Shown: one piece after another, positions 1-9,767 of the stretch | Layout: the number at the start of each line of letters is the position of its first letter | Numbering within the stretch: position 1 is the stretch's first letter | Assembly (NCBI GenBank): GCA_019119335.1 | Contig: DWXF01000036.1 | Coordinates: 29,760 to 93,759 of the forward strand | DNA: 64,000 nt | DNA from: Candidatus Flavonifractor merdavium | Lineage (GTDB): Bacteria > Bacillota > Clostridia > Oscillospirales > Oscillospiraceae | Direction of reading: 5' to 3' | Notes under the pieces: model-generated | The model's input: only the letters and a program-made list of their open reading frames with translations | Database searches by the model: none | What the model was told of the DNA's origin: nothing | Translations under genes and position numbers: made by a program

Positions 1-108
1 TTACAGTAAAGGGAGAAAAAAGGGGCCCTGGTTCGGGGCGGGAAAAGCCGCCGGACCAGGGCCCTGGGGAGGGCCGTCCGGCCTTCGCGTAGGGAGGGTA
101 AATCGGGG

Positions 109-2691
109 TTATTTTTTCTTGTTGTAGAAGGTATCCTCCATGGGCAGGGAGGTGCGCAGGATGTGGTCCCGGGCGTAGTAGGCCCCCTGCACCGCCGGGG
201 CGGTGGGGATGGTGGCGATCTCGCCGATGCCTTTGGCGCCGTAGGCGAAGGGGAGCAGCTCCTCCTTCTCCACATAGATGGCGTGGATGTCGGGGATCTG
301 GTCGGCCCGCATCAGGCCCAGGGTGCCGAACTTTACCTGAGGCACGCAGTCCTTCAGGGTGAACTTTTCCGTCAGGGCGTAGCCCAGGCCCATGAGCACG
401 CCGCCCTCAATCTGGCCCTGGATGGAGATGGGGTTGACCACCTTGCCGGAGTCGTGGGCGGCCCACACCTCTTTCACCTTGCCCTCGTCGTCCAGGATTA
501 CCACATGGGTGGCAAAGCCGTAGGCCACGTGGCTCTTGGGGTTGGGCACGTCGGCGCCCAGCTTGTCGGTGGGGTCGAAGAACTCGGCAAAGTACTCCTT
601 GCCCTCCAGCTTGGTCAGGTCGCCGCCCACGGTGTCCAGGTCCTTTTTCACGTCCTCGCACACCATGCGCACCGCCTCGCCGGTGATGAGGGTTTGGCGG
701 GAGCCGGAGGTGGTGCCCGAGTCGGGGGCAACCTCGGAGTTGGCCCCCATGTTCTTCAGCTTCTCCTTGGGCAGGCCCAGGGTCTGGGCCATGATCTGGA
801 GGAACACGGTAAAGCAGCCCTGGCCGATGTCGGAGGCGGCGGAGTACAGCTCCACCTTGCCGTCCCGGATGACCACCTTGGCCCGGCCCTTGTCGGGCAG
901 GCCCACGCCCACGCCGGAGTTCTTCATGGCGCAGGCGATGCCGGCGTGGTCCATGTTCTGCTCATACACGTCCTTGACGGCCAGCAGGGTCTCCTTCAGG
1001 GCGGTGGAGCAGTCGGCGATCTGCCCGTTGGGCAGCACCTTGCCCGGCTCGATGGCGTTGCGGTAGCGGATCTCCCAGGGGGAGATGCCCACCTTCTCGG
1101 CCAGCAGGTTGATGTTGGACTCCAGGGCGAACTCGCTCTGGCACACGCCAAAGCCCCGGAAGGCGCCGGCAGGGGGGTTGTTGGTGTAGTAGCCAAAGCC
1201 CCGGATGTCGGTGTTCTGGTAGCAGTAGGGACCCACCGAGTGGGTGCAGGCCCGCTCCAGCACCGGGCCGCACAGGGAGGCGTAGGCGCCGGTGTCAAAG
1301 TAGATCTCGCAGTCCAGGCCGGTGAAAATGCCGTTTTCGTCGCAGCCCAGAGTGAAGGTGCCCTCCATATAGTGGCGCTTGGGGTGGAAGTTGATGGACT
1401 CCTGCCGGGTCAGCTTTACCTTCACCGGGCGGTTTACTTTCAGGGTGGCCAGCACCGCCAGATGCTGCACCGACACATCCTCCTTGCCGCCGAAGCCGCC
1501 GCCCACCAGCTTGTTCTCCACCACGATCCGCTCGGGCTCCCAGCCCAGCATGATGGAGATTTCCTTCCGGGTGTCGTACACGCCCTGGTCGGAGGTGTAC
1601 ACCTTCACCCCGTCCTTGTAGGGGAAGGCCACCGCGCACTCGGGCTCCAGGAAGGCGTGCTCGGTGAAGGGGGTCTGATACCGCTGGGTGACCACGTACT
1701 TGGAGTTGGCCAGAGCGGTCTTGGCGTCGCCCCGGGTGACGTGGCGGGACTGGCACAGGTTGCCCTTGGAGTGGACCAGGGGGGCGTTCTCCGCCATGGC
1801 CTCCTGGATGGTGCGTACCGGCTCCAGGGGCTCGTAGTCGATCTTCACCAGCTTCTTGGCCTGGCGAAGAATGTCCTCATTCTCCGCCACCACCAGACAG
1901 ATGGCGTCGCCCACGCAGCGGGTGATGTCGCCCTTGGCGATGAACACGTCCCAGTCCTGCTGGATGTGGCCCACCTTGTTGTTGGGCACGTCGTCGGCGG
2001 TGAGCACCGCCAGCACGCCGGGCAGGGCCAGGGCCGCGCTGGCGTCAATGTCCAGGATCCTGGCCCGGGGATACTGGGAGCGGATGGCCGAGCCGTGGAC
2101 CATGCCCTCCATCTCCACATCGTCACAGTACTCGCCGGTGCCCAGCACCTTTTCCCGCACGTCGGTGCGGAAGGCCCGGTCGCCCACCTGGTAGCGGTCG
2201 CCCCCCTCCAGGGCGGGGTCGATCTTCTCGTCCCCGCGGAGGATGGCGGCGGCCAGGGAGATGCCCTCGATGATCTTCTTGTAGCCGGTGCAGCGGCACA
2301 CGTTGCCCCGGATAGCCTTTTTGATCTCCTCCTCAGAGGGGTTGGGGTTCTGGTCAATGAGGGCCTTGCCCGCCATCACCATGCCGGGGATGCAGAAGCC
2401 GCACTGCACCGCACCCACCGAGCCGAAGGCGTACACAAAGGCCTCCTGCTCGTCGTAGCTCAGCCCCTCCACGGTGAGGATGGTCTTGCCCACCGCCTTC
2501 TTGGTGGTGAGGATGCAGGAGCGGACAGCCTTGCCGTCCACCACGATGGTGCAGGTGCCGCAGGCGCCCTCGCTGCAGCCGTCTTTCACCGAGGTCAGAT
2601 GGAGGTCCTCCCGCAGGTAGCGCAGCAGGGGTTTGTCCTCCTGGGTGGTACGCAGGACGCCGTTGACAGTAAAGGAATAGCTCTCGCTCAT
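109..2691 (-). CDS. xdh: Selenium-dependent xanthine dehydrogenase-type molybdenum hydroxylase (fused 2Fe-2S and Mo-binding domains)
   Basis: 860 aa. N-terminal GCSEGACGTC and QCGFC...CRCTGY 2Fe-2S motifs; GGGFGGK, AFRGFG and AKGIGE molybdopterin-domain motifs; lies downstream of ygfK/ssnA. Confidence 0.9.
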   Translation of the reverse strand: MSESYSFTVNGVLRTTQEDKPLLRYLREDLHLTSVKDGCSEGACGTCTIVVDGKAVRSCILTTKKAVGKTILTVEGLSYDEQEAFVYAFGSVGAVQCGFCIPGMVMAGKALIDQNPNPSEEEIKKAIRGNVCRCTGYKKIIEGISLAAAILRGDEKIDPALEGGDRYQVGDRAFRTDVREKVLGTGEYCDDVEMEGMVHGSAIRSQYPRARILDIDASAALALPGVLAVLTADDVPNNKVGHIQQDWDVFIAKGDITRCVGDAICLVVAENEDILRQAKKLVKIDYEPLEPVRTIQEAMAENAPLVHSKGNLCQSRHVTRGDAKTALANSKYVVTQRYQTPFTEHAFLEPECAVAFPYKDGVKVYTSDQGVYDTRKEISIMLGWEPERIVVENKLVGGGFGGKEDVSVQHLAVLATLKVNRPVKVKLTRQESINFHPKRHYMEGTFTLGCDENGIFTGLDCEIYFDTGAYASLCGPVLERACTHSVGPYCYQNTDIRGFGYYTNNPPAGAFRGFGVCQSEFALESNINLLAEKVGISPWEIRYRNAIEPGKVLPNGQIADCSTALKETLLAVKDVYEQNMDHAGIACAMKNSGVGVGLPDKGRAKVVIRDGKVELYSAASDIGQGCFTVFLQIMAQTLGLPKEKLKNMGANSEVAPDSGTTSGSRQTLITGEAVRMVCEDVKKDLDTVGGDLTKLEGKEYFAEFFDPTDKLGADVPNPKSHVAYGFATHVVILDDEGKVKEVWAAHDSGKVVNPISIQGQIEGGVLMGLGYALTEKFTLKDCVPQVKFGTLGLMRADQIPDIHAIYVEKEELLPFAYGAKGIGEIATIPTAPAVQGAYYARDHILRTSLPMEDTFYNKKK

Positions 2692-2758
2692 GTGAGGTAC
2701 CTCTTTTCTGATGCGGGTTCAGCCCGCCGCCCGTGAAGGGCGGCAGGCTTTCGGCCGC

Positions 2759-5755
2759 TTATTTCAGCAGATAGCTGTAATTGTCGTACACCGCGCAGAT
2801 CAGGCGGCGCAGGGGCTCGTACAGGCCGCAGCTCTCGTCGGCCACGTCGTACTCCTTCACCTGGCCGTCCAGACGCACCCGGGTCTTGGCGCCGTCCAGC
2901 TTCAGGAAGCCCTGATTCTCGCTGTTGTTGAAGTCCTCCTCGCTCCAGTACAGGGTGAACTTGTCCTTGTAGGGGCGGGAGTCGTAGGGGCAGAAGGTGC
3001 CGCAGTTGCCGCACTCGTTGCACATGCCGTCCACGTGGATGATCTGGCGCTGGCGCATGCCGGGCACCGCCACCGCCACGTTGGCACGGTTGGGGCATAC
3101 CTCAGTGCAGGTCTCGCACACGGTGGCGCAGCCCAGGCAGCGGATATCCTCACAGCTCTTGCAGTCGGCGCACAGGTCGCCCCGCTTGCTCAGCGGCTTC
3201 TGGTAGTCGGGGTTCACGTTCTTGTCCACGTAGGTGTCCACGTCGAAGTTTTCGATGGCCCGGGCGGCGCGGGTAGCGTCGGCAATGGCCTCCACCACGG
3301 TGCCGGGGCCCTTCATGCCGTCGCCGATAACGAACACGTTCTTCACGGAGGACTCCAGGGTGTCGGCGTTCACCACGGCCTTGCCTCTCTTGTCCACTTC
3401 CAGACCGTTGGCGGTGTACAGAGCGGTGTCCACCTTCTCGCCCACGGCGGTGATCACGGTGTCGGCGGGCACTTCAGCCACCTTGCCGGTGTCCACCGGG
3501 GAGCGGCGGCCGGAGGCGTCGGGAGCGCCCAGCTCCATCACGTGGCAGGTGAGCACGCCGTCCTTGACCCCAACGGGAGCCAGCAGCTCCTTGAACTCCA
3601 CGCCGTCCTCCAGGGCGAACTCCAGCTCCTCCTGGTCGGCGGGCATATAACGCTTGGTGCGGCGGTAGACCAGGGACACGCTCTCCACGCCGGGGATGCG
3701 CTTGGCGGCCCGGGCGGCGTCCATGGCGGTGTTGCCGCCGCCGATGACCACCACGTGCTTGCCCAGGTTCAGGTTGGAGGGGTTCTTCTTTGCGGCCTCC
3801 AGGAACTCGATGACGTTCATTTCCTGGCCGTACTCCAGGCCGGCGCTGCCCTTGGTCCAGGCGCCGGTGGCCAGGATCACGTGGGTGTAGCCCTTGCCGA
3901 AGAGCTCCTGCACGTCCTTGACCTCGGTGTTCAGCTCCACCTTTACGCCCATGGCGTTCATCAGCTTGACGTCGTTGTCAATGGCCTCGTCGCTGATGCG
4001 GAAGGCGGGGATCACGTGGCGGACGATGCCGCCCAGGGAGTCCTTGCGCTCAAACACGGTGACGTCCACGCCGGAGCGGCCCAGGAAGTAGGCGGCGGAC
4101 ATACCGGCGGGGCCGCCGCCGATGACGGCGACTTTCTTACCGGCCACGGGGGCACCCGGCTTCAGCTTGGGCAGCAGGGCGTCGAACCCGCCCTCGGCGG
4201 CCCGCAGCTTCTGGGTGCGGATATACACGCTCTCCTCATAGGCGTTGCGCATGCACTTGTCCTGGCAGCGGTGGGAGCAGATGGTGCCGGTGATGAAGGG
4301 CAGGGCGTTGCGGTGGGTGATGATCTCCAGGGCCTCCTCAAACTTGCCGGCGTTCACCCGCATCAGGTAGGCGGGGATGTCCTGCTCGATGGGGCAGCCG
4401 TTGCGGCAGGGGGCGGAGAAGCAGTCGATGAGGGGAACCTTCTGGTCGGTCTTGCGGCTGGGGATGGGCTTCATGGGCTTCTGGTAGTGGTTATCGGAGG
4501 CAAAGGCAGTGACCATGCCCTCCACCTTGGCGGGGTCCACCCCGGCCCAGGGGCCGTAGTCAATGTCCATCAGCAGGTTGCCGATCTGGCTGAACCGCTG
4601 GTAGCCGCCGGACTTGAGCACGGTGGTGGCCATGGTGATGGGCCAGATACCGGCGTTGAACAGGTCCTTGATGTTGTAGTAGTCGGCGCCGCCGGAGTAG
4701 GAGATACGCAGCTTACCGCCGAACTCCTTGGCCAGCTTGCCCGCCAGGGACAGGGACAGGGGATACAGGGAGCGGCCGGACATGTACATCTCCTCGCTGG
4801 GCAGCTCTCCGGCCTTCACGTCCACGGGGAAGGTGTTGGTCAGCTTCACGCCGAACTCCAGGCCCCGCTCGGCGGTCAGCTTCATCAGCCGCTGGAACAT
4901 GGGTACCGCGTCGGCCCATTGCAGATCCTCCACAAAGTGGTGGTCGTCAAAGGCGATGTAGTCGAAGCCCAGGCCGTCCAGGGTCTTGCGGGCAAACTCA
5001 TAGCCCAGCAGGGTGGGGTTGCACTTGACATAGGTGTTCAGGTTCTTCTCGGTGATGAGATAGGTGGCGATGCGCTCGATCTCGTCGGGGGGGCAGCCGT
5101 GGAGGGTGGACTCGGTGATGGAGTTGGACACCTTGGGGGATATGGCCTTCACATAAGCCTCGTCCACGTTCTGGAACTTGTCCAGGTTGTTCAGGGCCCA
5201 GTCCATGCACTCGGTCCACACGGCGCTGCCGGAGGCGTCCTTCATGCCCTCGATATACTTGTCGATCTTCTCGCTCTGGATGCCCTTCAGGTCGTAGCCC
5301 ACGCTCATGTTGAACACGAAGCCGTCGGGGTCGCCCAGGCCCAGCTCCTTGGCCAGCAGCTTGCAGGCAAACCAGCCCTTCACGTACTCGTCAAAGGCCT
5401 GGGGCACATACAGCTCGGTGGACCACTCGCAGTTGTAGCACTCGTCCTCAGCGGTGATGCAGGGCTTGGCCACGCACTTGGAAAGCTCGTCGCCGTCCAT
5501 GATCTGCACGGTCTTGAGCTCGAAGAACCGGGAACCGGCGGCGTAGGCGGCCACCAGGTTCTGGGCCAGCTGGGTGTGGGGGCCGGCGGCGGGGCCGTAG
5601 GGAGACTCGATCTTCTCCTTGAACATGGGCAGAGCCTTGCCGTTGTCATGGCGCACCAGTTTGGACACGCCGAAGATGGAGCCCTGGTTCTTGTACTCGG
5701 TCAGGATCCAGTTCATCAGGTTGGAAAAGGGAATGGGGCGCATAATGTCGCTCAT
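2759..5755 (-). CDS. ygfK: YgfK-family Fe-S flavoprotein oxidoreductase (annotated as putative selenate reductase; purine/urate catabolism)
   Basis: 998 aa. N-terminal MSDIMRPIPF and GPAAGPHTQLAQN typical of YgfK; GltD-like GGGPAG and GGGNTAMD; C-terminal ferredoxin Cys clusters. Confidence 0.92.
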   Translation of the reverse strand: MSDIMRPIPFSNLMNWILTEYKNQGSIFGVSKLVRHDNGKALPMFKEKIESPYGPAAGPHTQLAQNLVAAYAAGSRFFELKTVQIMDGDELSKCVAKPCITAEDECYNCEWSTELYVPQAFDEYVKGWFACKLLAKELGLGDPDGFVFNMSVGYDLKGIQSEKIDKYIEGMKDASGSAVWTECMDWALNNLDKFQNVDEAYVKAISPKVSNSITESTLHGCPPDEIERIATYLITEKNLNTYVKCNPTLLGYEFARKTLDGLGFDYIAFDDHHFVEDLQWADAVPMFQRLMKLTAERGLEFGVKLTNTFPVDVKAGELPSEEMYMSGRSLYPLSLSLAGKLAKEFGGKLRISYSGGADYYNIKDLFNAGIWPITMATTVLKSGGYQRFSQIGNLLMDIDYGPWAGVDPAKVEGMVTAFASDNHYQKPMKPIPSRKTDQKVPLIDCFSAPCRNGCPIEQDIPAYLMRVNAGKFEEALEIITHRNALPFITGTICSHRCQDKCMRNAYEESVYIRTQKLRAAEGGFDALLPKLKPGAPVAGKKVAVIGGGPAGMSAAYFLGRSGVDVTVFERKDSLGGIVRHVIPAFRISDEAIDNDVKLMNAMGVKVELNTEVKDVQELFGKGYTHVILATGAWTKGSAGLEYGQEMNVIEFLEAAKKNPSNLNLGKHVVVIGGGNTAMDAARAAKRIPGVESVSLVYRRTKRYMPADQEELEFALEDGVEFKELLAPVGVKDGVLTCHVMELGAPDASGRRSPVDTGKVAEVPADTVITAVGEKVDTALYTANGLEVDKRGKAVVNADTLESSVKNVFVIGDGMKGPGTVVEAIADATRAARAIENFDVDTYVDKNVNPDYQKPLSKRGDLCADCKSCEDIRCLGCATVCETCTEVCPNRANVAVAVPGMRQRQIIHVDGMCNECGNCGTFCPYDSRPYKDKFTLYWSEEDFNNSENQGFLKLDGAKTRVRLDGQVKEYDVADESCGLYEPLRRLICAVYDNYSYLLK

Positions 5756-5782
5756 ATATCTCGACCTCCAAATTAAGTTCTA

Positions 5783-7123
5783 TCAATAGGTGCGGTGGTT
5801 CAGCTCGCCCCACAGCTTCTTGGCCTGCTCCATGGTCCAGGCGTTGATGCGCTCCTCGTCGATGCCCACGAACTCCCGGTCCTTGTAGAGCACCTTGCCG
5901 TTGATGATGGTGGTGCGGCAGTTCTTGCCCATCATGCCGAAGAGCATGTGGCCGTCGATGTTCTCGGCGGAGAAGGGGGTGAAGGGCTTGTAGTCCATGA
6001 CGATCACGTCGGCGGCGGCGCCGCTCTTGAGCACGCCCAGAGGCTTCTTGAAGTAGCGGGAGCAGATCTTGGCGTTGTTCTCAAACAGCATGCCGGTGGC
6101 CTCGCACCAGCCCACGTTGGGCAGGGCGGCGTTGTGGCGCTGCATGGGCAGCAGCACCTTCAGGCTCTCCAGCATGTCGTGGGTGTAGGCGTCGGTGCCC
6201 AGGCCGATGAGGATGCCCTTGCCGTACATCTGGAGCACCGGGGAGCAGCCCACCGCGTTGCCCATGTTGGACTCCGGGTTGTGGCACACCATGGTATTGG
6301 TCTCCTTGATGATGTCCAGCTCGGCGGGGGAGACGTGGATGCAGTGGCCCAGCATGGTCTTTTCGCCCAGAATGCCGTTATACAGCAGCCGGTTCACCGG
6401 GCGGCAGCCGTAGTTGCGCAGGGAATCGTACACGTCGTTCATGCCCTCGGCCACGTGGATGTGGAAGCCGGTCATGCCGTCGTTGGCCTTGACCATCGCC
6501 TCAAAGGTCTTGTCGGAGATGGTAAACAGGGCGTGGCCGCCGAACATGGCCTTGATCATGTCGTCGTCCTGCTCCTTGGCCCACTTGGCAAAGTCTGCGT
6601 TCTCCTGAATGGACTGGCGGGTCTTTTCCTCGCCGTCCCGCTCGCTGACCTCATAGCACAGGTTGGCCCGGATGCCCAGCTCCTGGCACACGTCCTTGAT
6701 GGCGAACAGGGAGCCGGGAATCTCGCAGAAGGAGGCGTGATGGTCAAAGATGGTGGTCACGCCGTCCCGGATGCAGTCCAGCACCGTGGCGTAGGCGGAG
6801 GCCCGGGTGCCGTCCAGGGTCAGGTGGCGGTCGATATTCCACCACATCCCCTCCAGCACCTCCAGGAAGTTGGTGGGGTTGTTGCCCTCAATGGCCAGGC
6901 CCCGGGCCAGGCCAGAGTAAATGTGGGTGTGGACGTTGATGAGGCCGGGCATGATCACGCCGCCCTTGGCGTCCACGAATTCCGCGTCGGGATACTTGGC
7001 CTTCAGATCGGCCAGAGCGCCCACTTCCTTGACAACCTCGCCGTCCAGCGCCACGGCGCCGTCCTCCAGATAGGGCAGAGCCGGGTCGCGGGTAATCAGT
7101 TTTCCGTTTCCAACCAGCAGCAT
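5783..7123 (-). CDS. ssnA: SsnA-family metal-dependent amidohydrolase
   Basis: 446 aa. PGLINVHTHIYS (HxH), HIHVAEG, HNPESNMGN and GLGTD motifs; GGAGG RBS; adjacent to ygfK. Confidence 0.92.
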   Translation of the reverse strand: MLLVGNGKLITRDPALPYLEDGAVALDGEVVKEVGALADLKAKYPDAEFVDAKGGVIMPGLINVHTHIYSGLARGLAIEGNNPTNFLEVLEGMWWNIDRHLTLDGTRASAYATVLDCIRDGVTTIFDHHASFCEIPGSLFAIKDVCQELGIRANLCYEVSERDGEEKTRQSIQENADFAKWAKEQDDDMIKAMFGGHALFTISDKTFEAMVKANDGMTGFHIHVAEGMNDVYDSLRNYGCRPVNRLLYNGILGEKTMLGHCIHVSPAELDIIKETNTMVCHNPESNMGNAVGCSPVLQMYGKGILIGLGTDAYTHDMLESLKVLLPMQRHNAALPNVGWCEATGMLFENNAKICSRYFKKPLGVLKSGAAADVIVMDYKPFTPFSAENIDGHMLFGMMGKNCRTTIINGKVLYKDREFVGIDEERINAWTMEQAKKLWGELNHRTY

Positions 7124-7164
7124 GTGCAGTTCCTCCTGTTATGATATAAGATGTTCCTTTTTGC

Positions 7165-7200
7165 AAGAAAAAAACGCCCATTCCTCAAAGAATGGACGCC
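7165..7200 (-). terminator. Intrinsic terminator in the ssnA leader
   Basis: Minus strand GGCGTCCATTC-TTTGAG-GAATGGGCGTT followed by a T-run, about 40 nt upstream of the ssnA start. Confidence 0.7.
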
Positions 7201-7348
7201 GGTTTTTGGAGCGGGGCCGCAGTGTGCCCGCAACTCCCCAGACGAAATCCAGGTCCATCCAGCCCGTGCGCGATAGCACTCCGTTGCAGCCACAACCACA
7301 TGTTAAAAATTTGTGAAATATGAACAGAATATCTTGCTTTGTGGATTT

Positions 7349-7377
7349 ATATTACCACAAAACGCCCGGGCATGCAA
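7349..7377 (-). promoter_or_regulatory. Sigma-A-type promoter for the ssnA leader/operon
   Basis: Minus strand TTGCAT-17nt-TAATAT, with TG at the extended -10 position. Confidence 0.6.
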
Positions 7378-7498
7378 CACCTTTATTAGAAAAACTAAAA
7401 AATTTTTAGGCCGCATAATTTTATTGCAATTATAGCCGCCTGTGGTAAAATAGAAGATAACTTCAACAAACGTACTTTACGAAAAGGAGAGAAGCCAC

Positions 7499-8137
7499 GT
7501 GTTAGAAGCCTCAACGCTGCAATTTCTGTTCAAACTGGCCAAAGGGATCGCCAGCCAGTTTGGACCCAACTGCGAGGTGGTGGTCCACGACCTGGCCACC
7601 AACGACCCGGAGAGCTCCATCGTCGCCATTGAGAACGGCCAGGTCACCGGCCGGAAGGTGGGGGATGGCCCCTCCCATGTGGTGCTGGAGGCCCTGCGGG
7701 GGGAGAACAGCCAGCTGCAGGACCACCTGAGCTACCTGACCAAGACCCGGGACGGCAAGATCCTCAAGTCTACCACCATCTACATCCGGGACGACGACGG
7801 GGATCCCATCGGCATCTTCGGCATCAATTACGACATCACTCTCATGCTGGCCATGGAGACCGCCCTGAAGCAGTTCACCGCCACCGAGAAGGAGGAGAAG
7901 GAGCCGGAGGCCATCTCCCGCAACGTCTCCGACCTGCTGGACGAGCTCATTGAGCAGAGCGTGAAGATCGTGGGCAAGCCGGTGGCGCTGATGACCAAGG
8001 AGGACAAGGTGAAGGCGGTGCAGTTTCTCAATGAGACCGGCGCCTTCCTCATCACCAAGAGCGGCGACAAGGTGTGCAAGTTCTTCGGAATCTCCAAATA
8101 CACGCTGTACAGCTACATTGACGAGGCCAAAGAGTAA
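7499..8137 (+). CDS. YheO-like PAS domain + HTH transcriptional regulator
   Basis: FGPNCEVVVHDL, IENGQVTGRKVGD and C-terminal GAFLITKSGDKVCKFFGISKYTLYSY; divergent from ssnA; AAGGAG RBS. Confidence 0.85.
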   Translation: MLEASTLQFLFKLAKGIASQFGPNCEVVVHDLATNDPESSIVAIENGQVTGRKVGDGPSHVVLEALRGENSQLQDHLSYLTKTRDGKILKSTTIYIRDDDGDPIGIFGINYDITLMLAMETALKQFTATEKEEKEPEAISRNVSDLLDELIEQSVKIVGKPVALMTKEDKVKAVQFLNETGAFLITKSGDKVCKFFGISKYTLYSYIDEAKE

Positions 8138-8149
8138 ATGCGGCTTGGA

Positions 8150-8184
8150 AAGTGCCCGGCTCCCAAAGGAGCCGGGCGCTTTTT
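8150..8184. terminator. Bidirectional intrinsic terminator
   Basis: AAAGTGCCCGGCTCC-CAAA-GGAGCCGGGCGCTTTTT between convergent genes. Confidence 0.7.
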
Positions 8185-8188
8185 GTGC

Positions 8189-9517
8189 TTATTTCTTGGT
8201 GTTCTCCTTGGGGAGCACCAGGTTGAGGATAATGGCCATCAGGGTGGCGACCACCACGGAGGAGGAGCCGAACACGGTGTTGACCCAGCTGGGGAAGCCC
8301 TCGCCGGCCAGACAGCCGGACACCTGGGTGATACCTACGCCCAGCGCCACGGACAGACCCACCACAGAGCTTTTGCGGGGGGTGAAGCCGCCCTCGGTGA
8401 TCATGCGGATACCGGTCATGGTGATGGTGGCGAACACCGAGATGGTGGCGCCGCCGATGACGCTCTGGGGAATGGTGGTCAGCAGGGAGGCGAACTTGGG
8501 CATCAGGCCGGCCACCAGCAGGATCAGGGCGGCCAGGGCGAACACCGCCCGGTTGATGACCCGGTTGACGGTGACGATACCCACGTTCTGGCTGTAAGTG
8601 GCCGCGGGCAGACCGCCGAAGAAGGCGCCCAGGATGCTCATGACGCCCTGGCCCATGATGCCGCCGGCCAGCTCCTTGTCGGTGGGCATCCGGTCCATGC
8701 CGCCCATGGTGGTGGAGGACAGGTCGCCGATGGTCTGCACGGCGTTGACCACGTACACGATGCCCAGAGACACGCAGGCGGCGGGGACGAACTTGATCTC
8801 AAAGGGCATGAACTGGGGCAGGGCCACCCACTGAGAGGTGCCCACGCCGGCGAAGTCCACCAGATCCAGCGGCAGGGACACGATGTAGCCCACGATCATG
8901 CCGATGAGGATGGCGCCCAGCTTGAAGATGCCCTTGGTGAAGTTGGTGAGGATGAACACCACCGCCAGGGTGATGAGCGCCACCAGCCAGCTCTTGGGGG
9001 TGCCGAAGATGGGAGTGCCCACGCCGCCGGCCATGTACTTCACGGCGGTGGGATAGAGGGACAGGCCGATGGTGAAGATCACCGTGCCGGTGACCAGGGG
9101 GGGAAACAGGGGGCGGATCCACTTGACGAAGATGCCGAAGATGATGGCCACGCAGCCGCCCACGATCTCCGCGCCCAGGATGGTCGCCATGTCAAATTCC
9201 GTGCCGATAGCCTGCAGGGTGGGGATGTACGCGAAGCTGATGCCCATGATGACGGGCAGACCGGCGCCGATGCGCCCGAAAATGGGGAACAGCTGGAGCA
9301 GGGTAGCCAGTGCGGTCAGGAGCAGCGAGACCTGAATCATCAGTGTCTTTTCCGCCTCGGACAGTCCGCAGGTGTTGGAGACCAGAATGGCGGGGGTGAT
9401 GATGCCCACCACCGCGGCCACCACGTGCTGCAGACCAAGCGGTACCAGCTGTCCCGGTTGGGGAACGCCTTTCCATTGGAAAATGGTATCAGAGCCGTTC
9501 AGTTTTGGGGTACCCAT
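8189..9517 (-). CDS. NCS2-family xanthine/urate permease
   Basis: LGLQHV and the NAT signature TYSQNVGIVTVNRV; highly hydrophobic; start moved to ATG 9517 after a GAAAGGA RBS. Confidence 0.88.
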   Translation of the reverse strand: MGTPKLNGSDTIFQWKGVPQPGQLVPLGLQHVVAAVVGIITPAILVSNTCGLSEAEKTLMIQVSLLLTALATLLQLFPIFGRIGAGLPVIMGISFAYIPTLQAIGTEFDMATILGAEIVGGCVAIIFGIFVKWIRPLFPPLVTGTVIFTIGLSLYPTAVKYMAGGVGTPIFGTPKSWLVALITLAVVFILTNFTKGIFKLGAILIGMIVGYIVSLPLDLVDFAGVGTSQWVALPQFMPFEIKFVPAACVSLGIVYVVNAVQTIGDLSSTTMGGMDRMPTDKELAGGIMGQGVMSILGAFFGGLPAATYSQNVGIVTVNRVINRAVFALAALILLVAGLMPKFASLLTTIPQSVIGGATISVFATITMTGIRMITEGGFTPRKSSVVGLSVALGVGITQVSGCLAGEGFPSWVNTVFGSSSVVVATLMAIILNLVLPKENTKK

Positions 9518-9767
9518 TCCTTTCACCTCACAAAAATTTTTTAGCACAAACAACATTTTTTACAACCCAAACTATAACCGATTTCCCACAAAGATGCAAG
9601 GAAAAAATCCGGGTCGCCTACCAAAAAGAATGGCAAAAATTTGTACACAACCTACAAAAGTGGAAGGAAAGGTGGCGGGGAAGGGTGGAAAACTGACAAA
9701 CAGTAAACCGGTAGGTTTAAAGAAAAAACGGCCGCTCTCAGAGCGGCCGCTTTTTGCGGACAGGTGT

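Noticed and set aside
109-5755. Possible selenocysteine recoding in xdh or ygfK
   Set aside because: Both ORFs are full length without in-frame TGA. Selenium in this hydroxylase class is a labile cofactor, not Sec.
163-7144. Very long plus-strand ORFs (163-2736, 2711-5776, 5795-7144) and similar antisense ORFs throughout the window, such as 13355-15379, 32961-35762, 37126-39642 and 58729-60579
   Set aside because: They mirror real genes on the opposite strand. High-GC codon bias suppresses antisense stops, and the translations show no motifs or RBS.
7205-7283. tRNA-Sec, SRP or 6S RNA interpretation of the ssnA leader (ends in GCTCCA on the minus strand)
   Set aside because: No TTCA anticodon loop or TTCG T-arm in position, no SRP GGAA-loop motif, and no long 6S-like self-complementarity.
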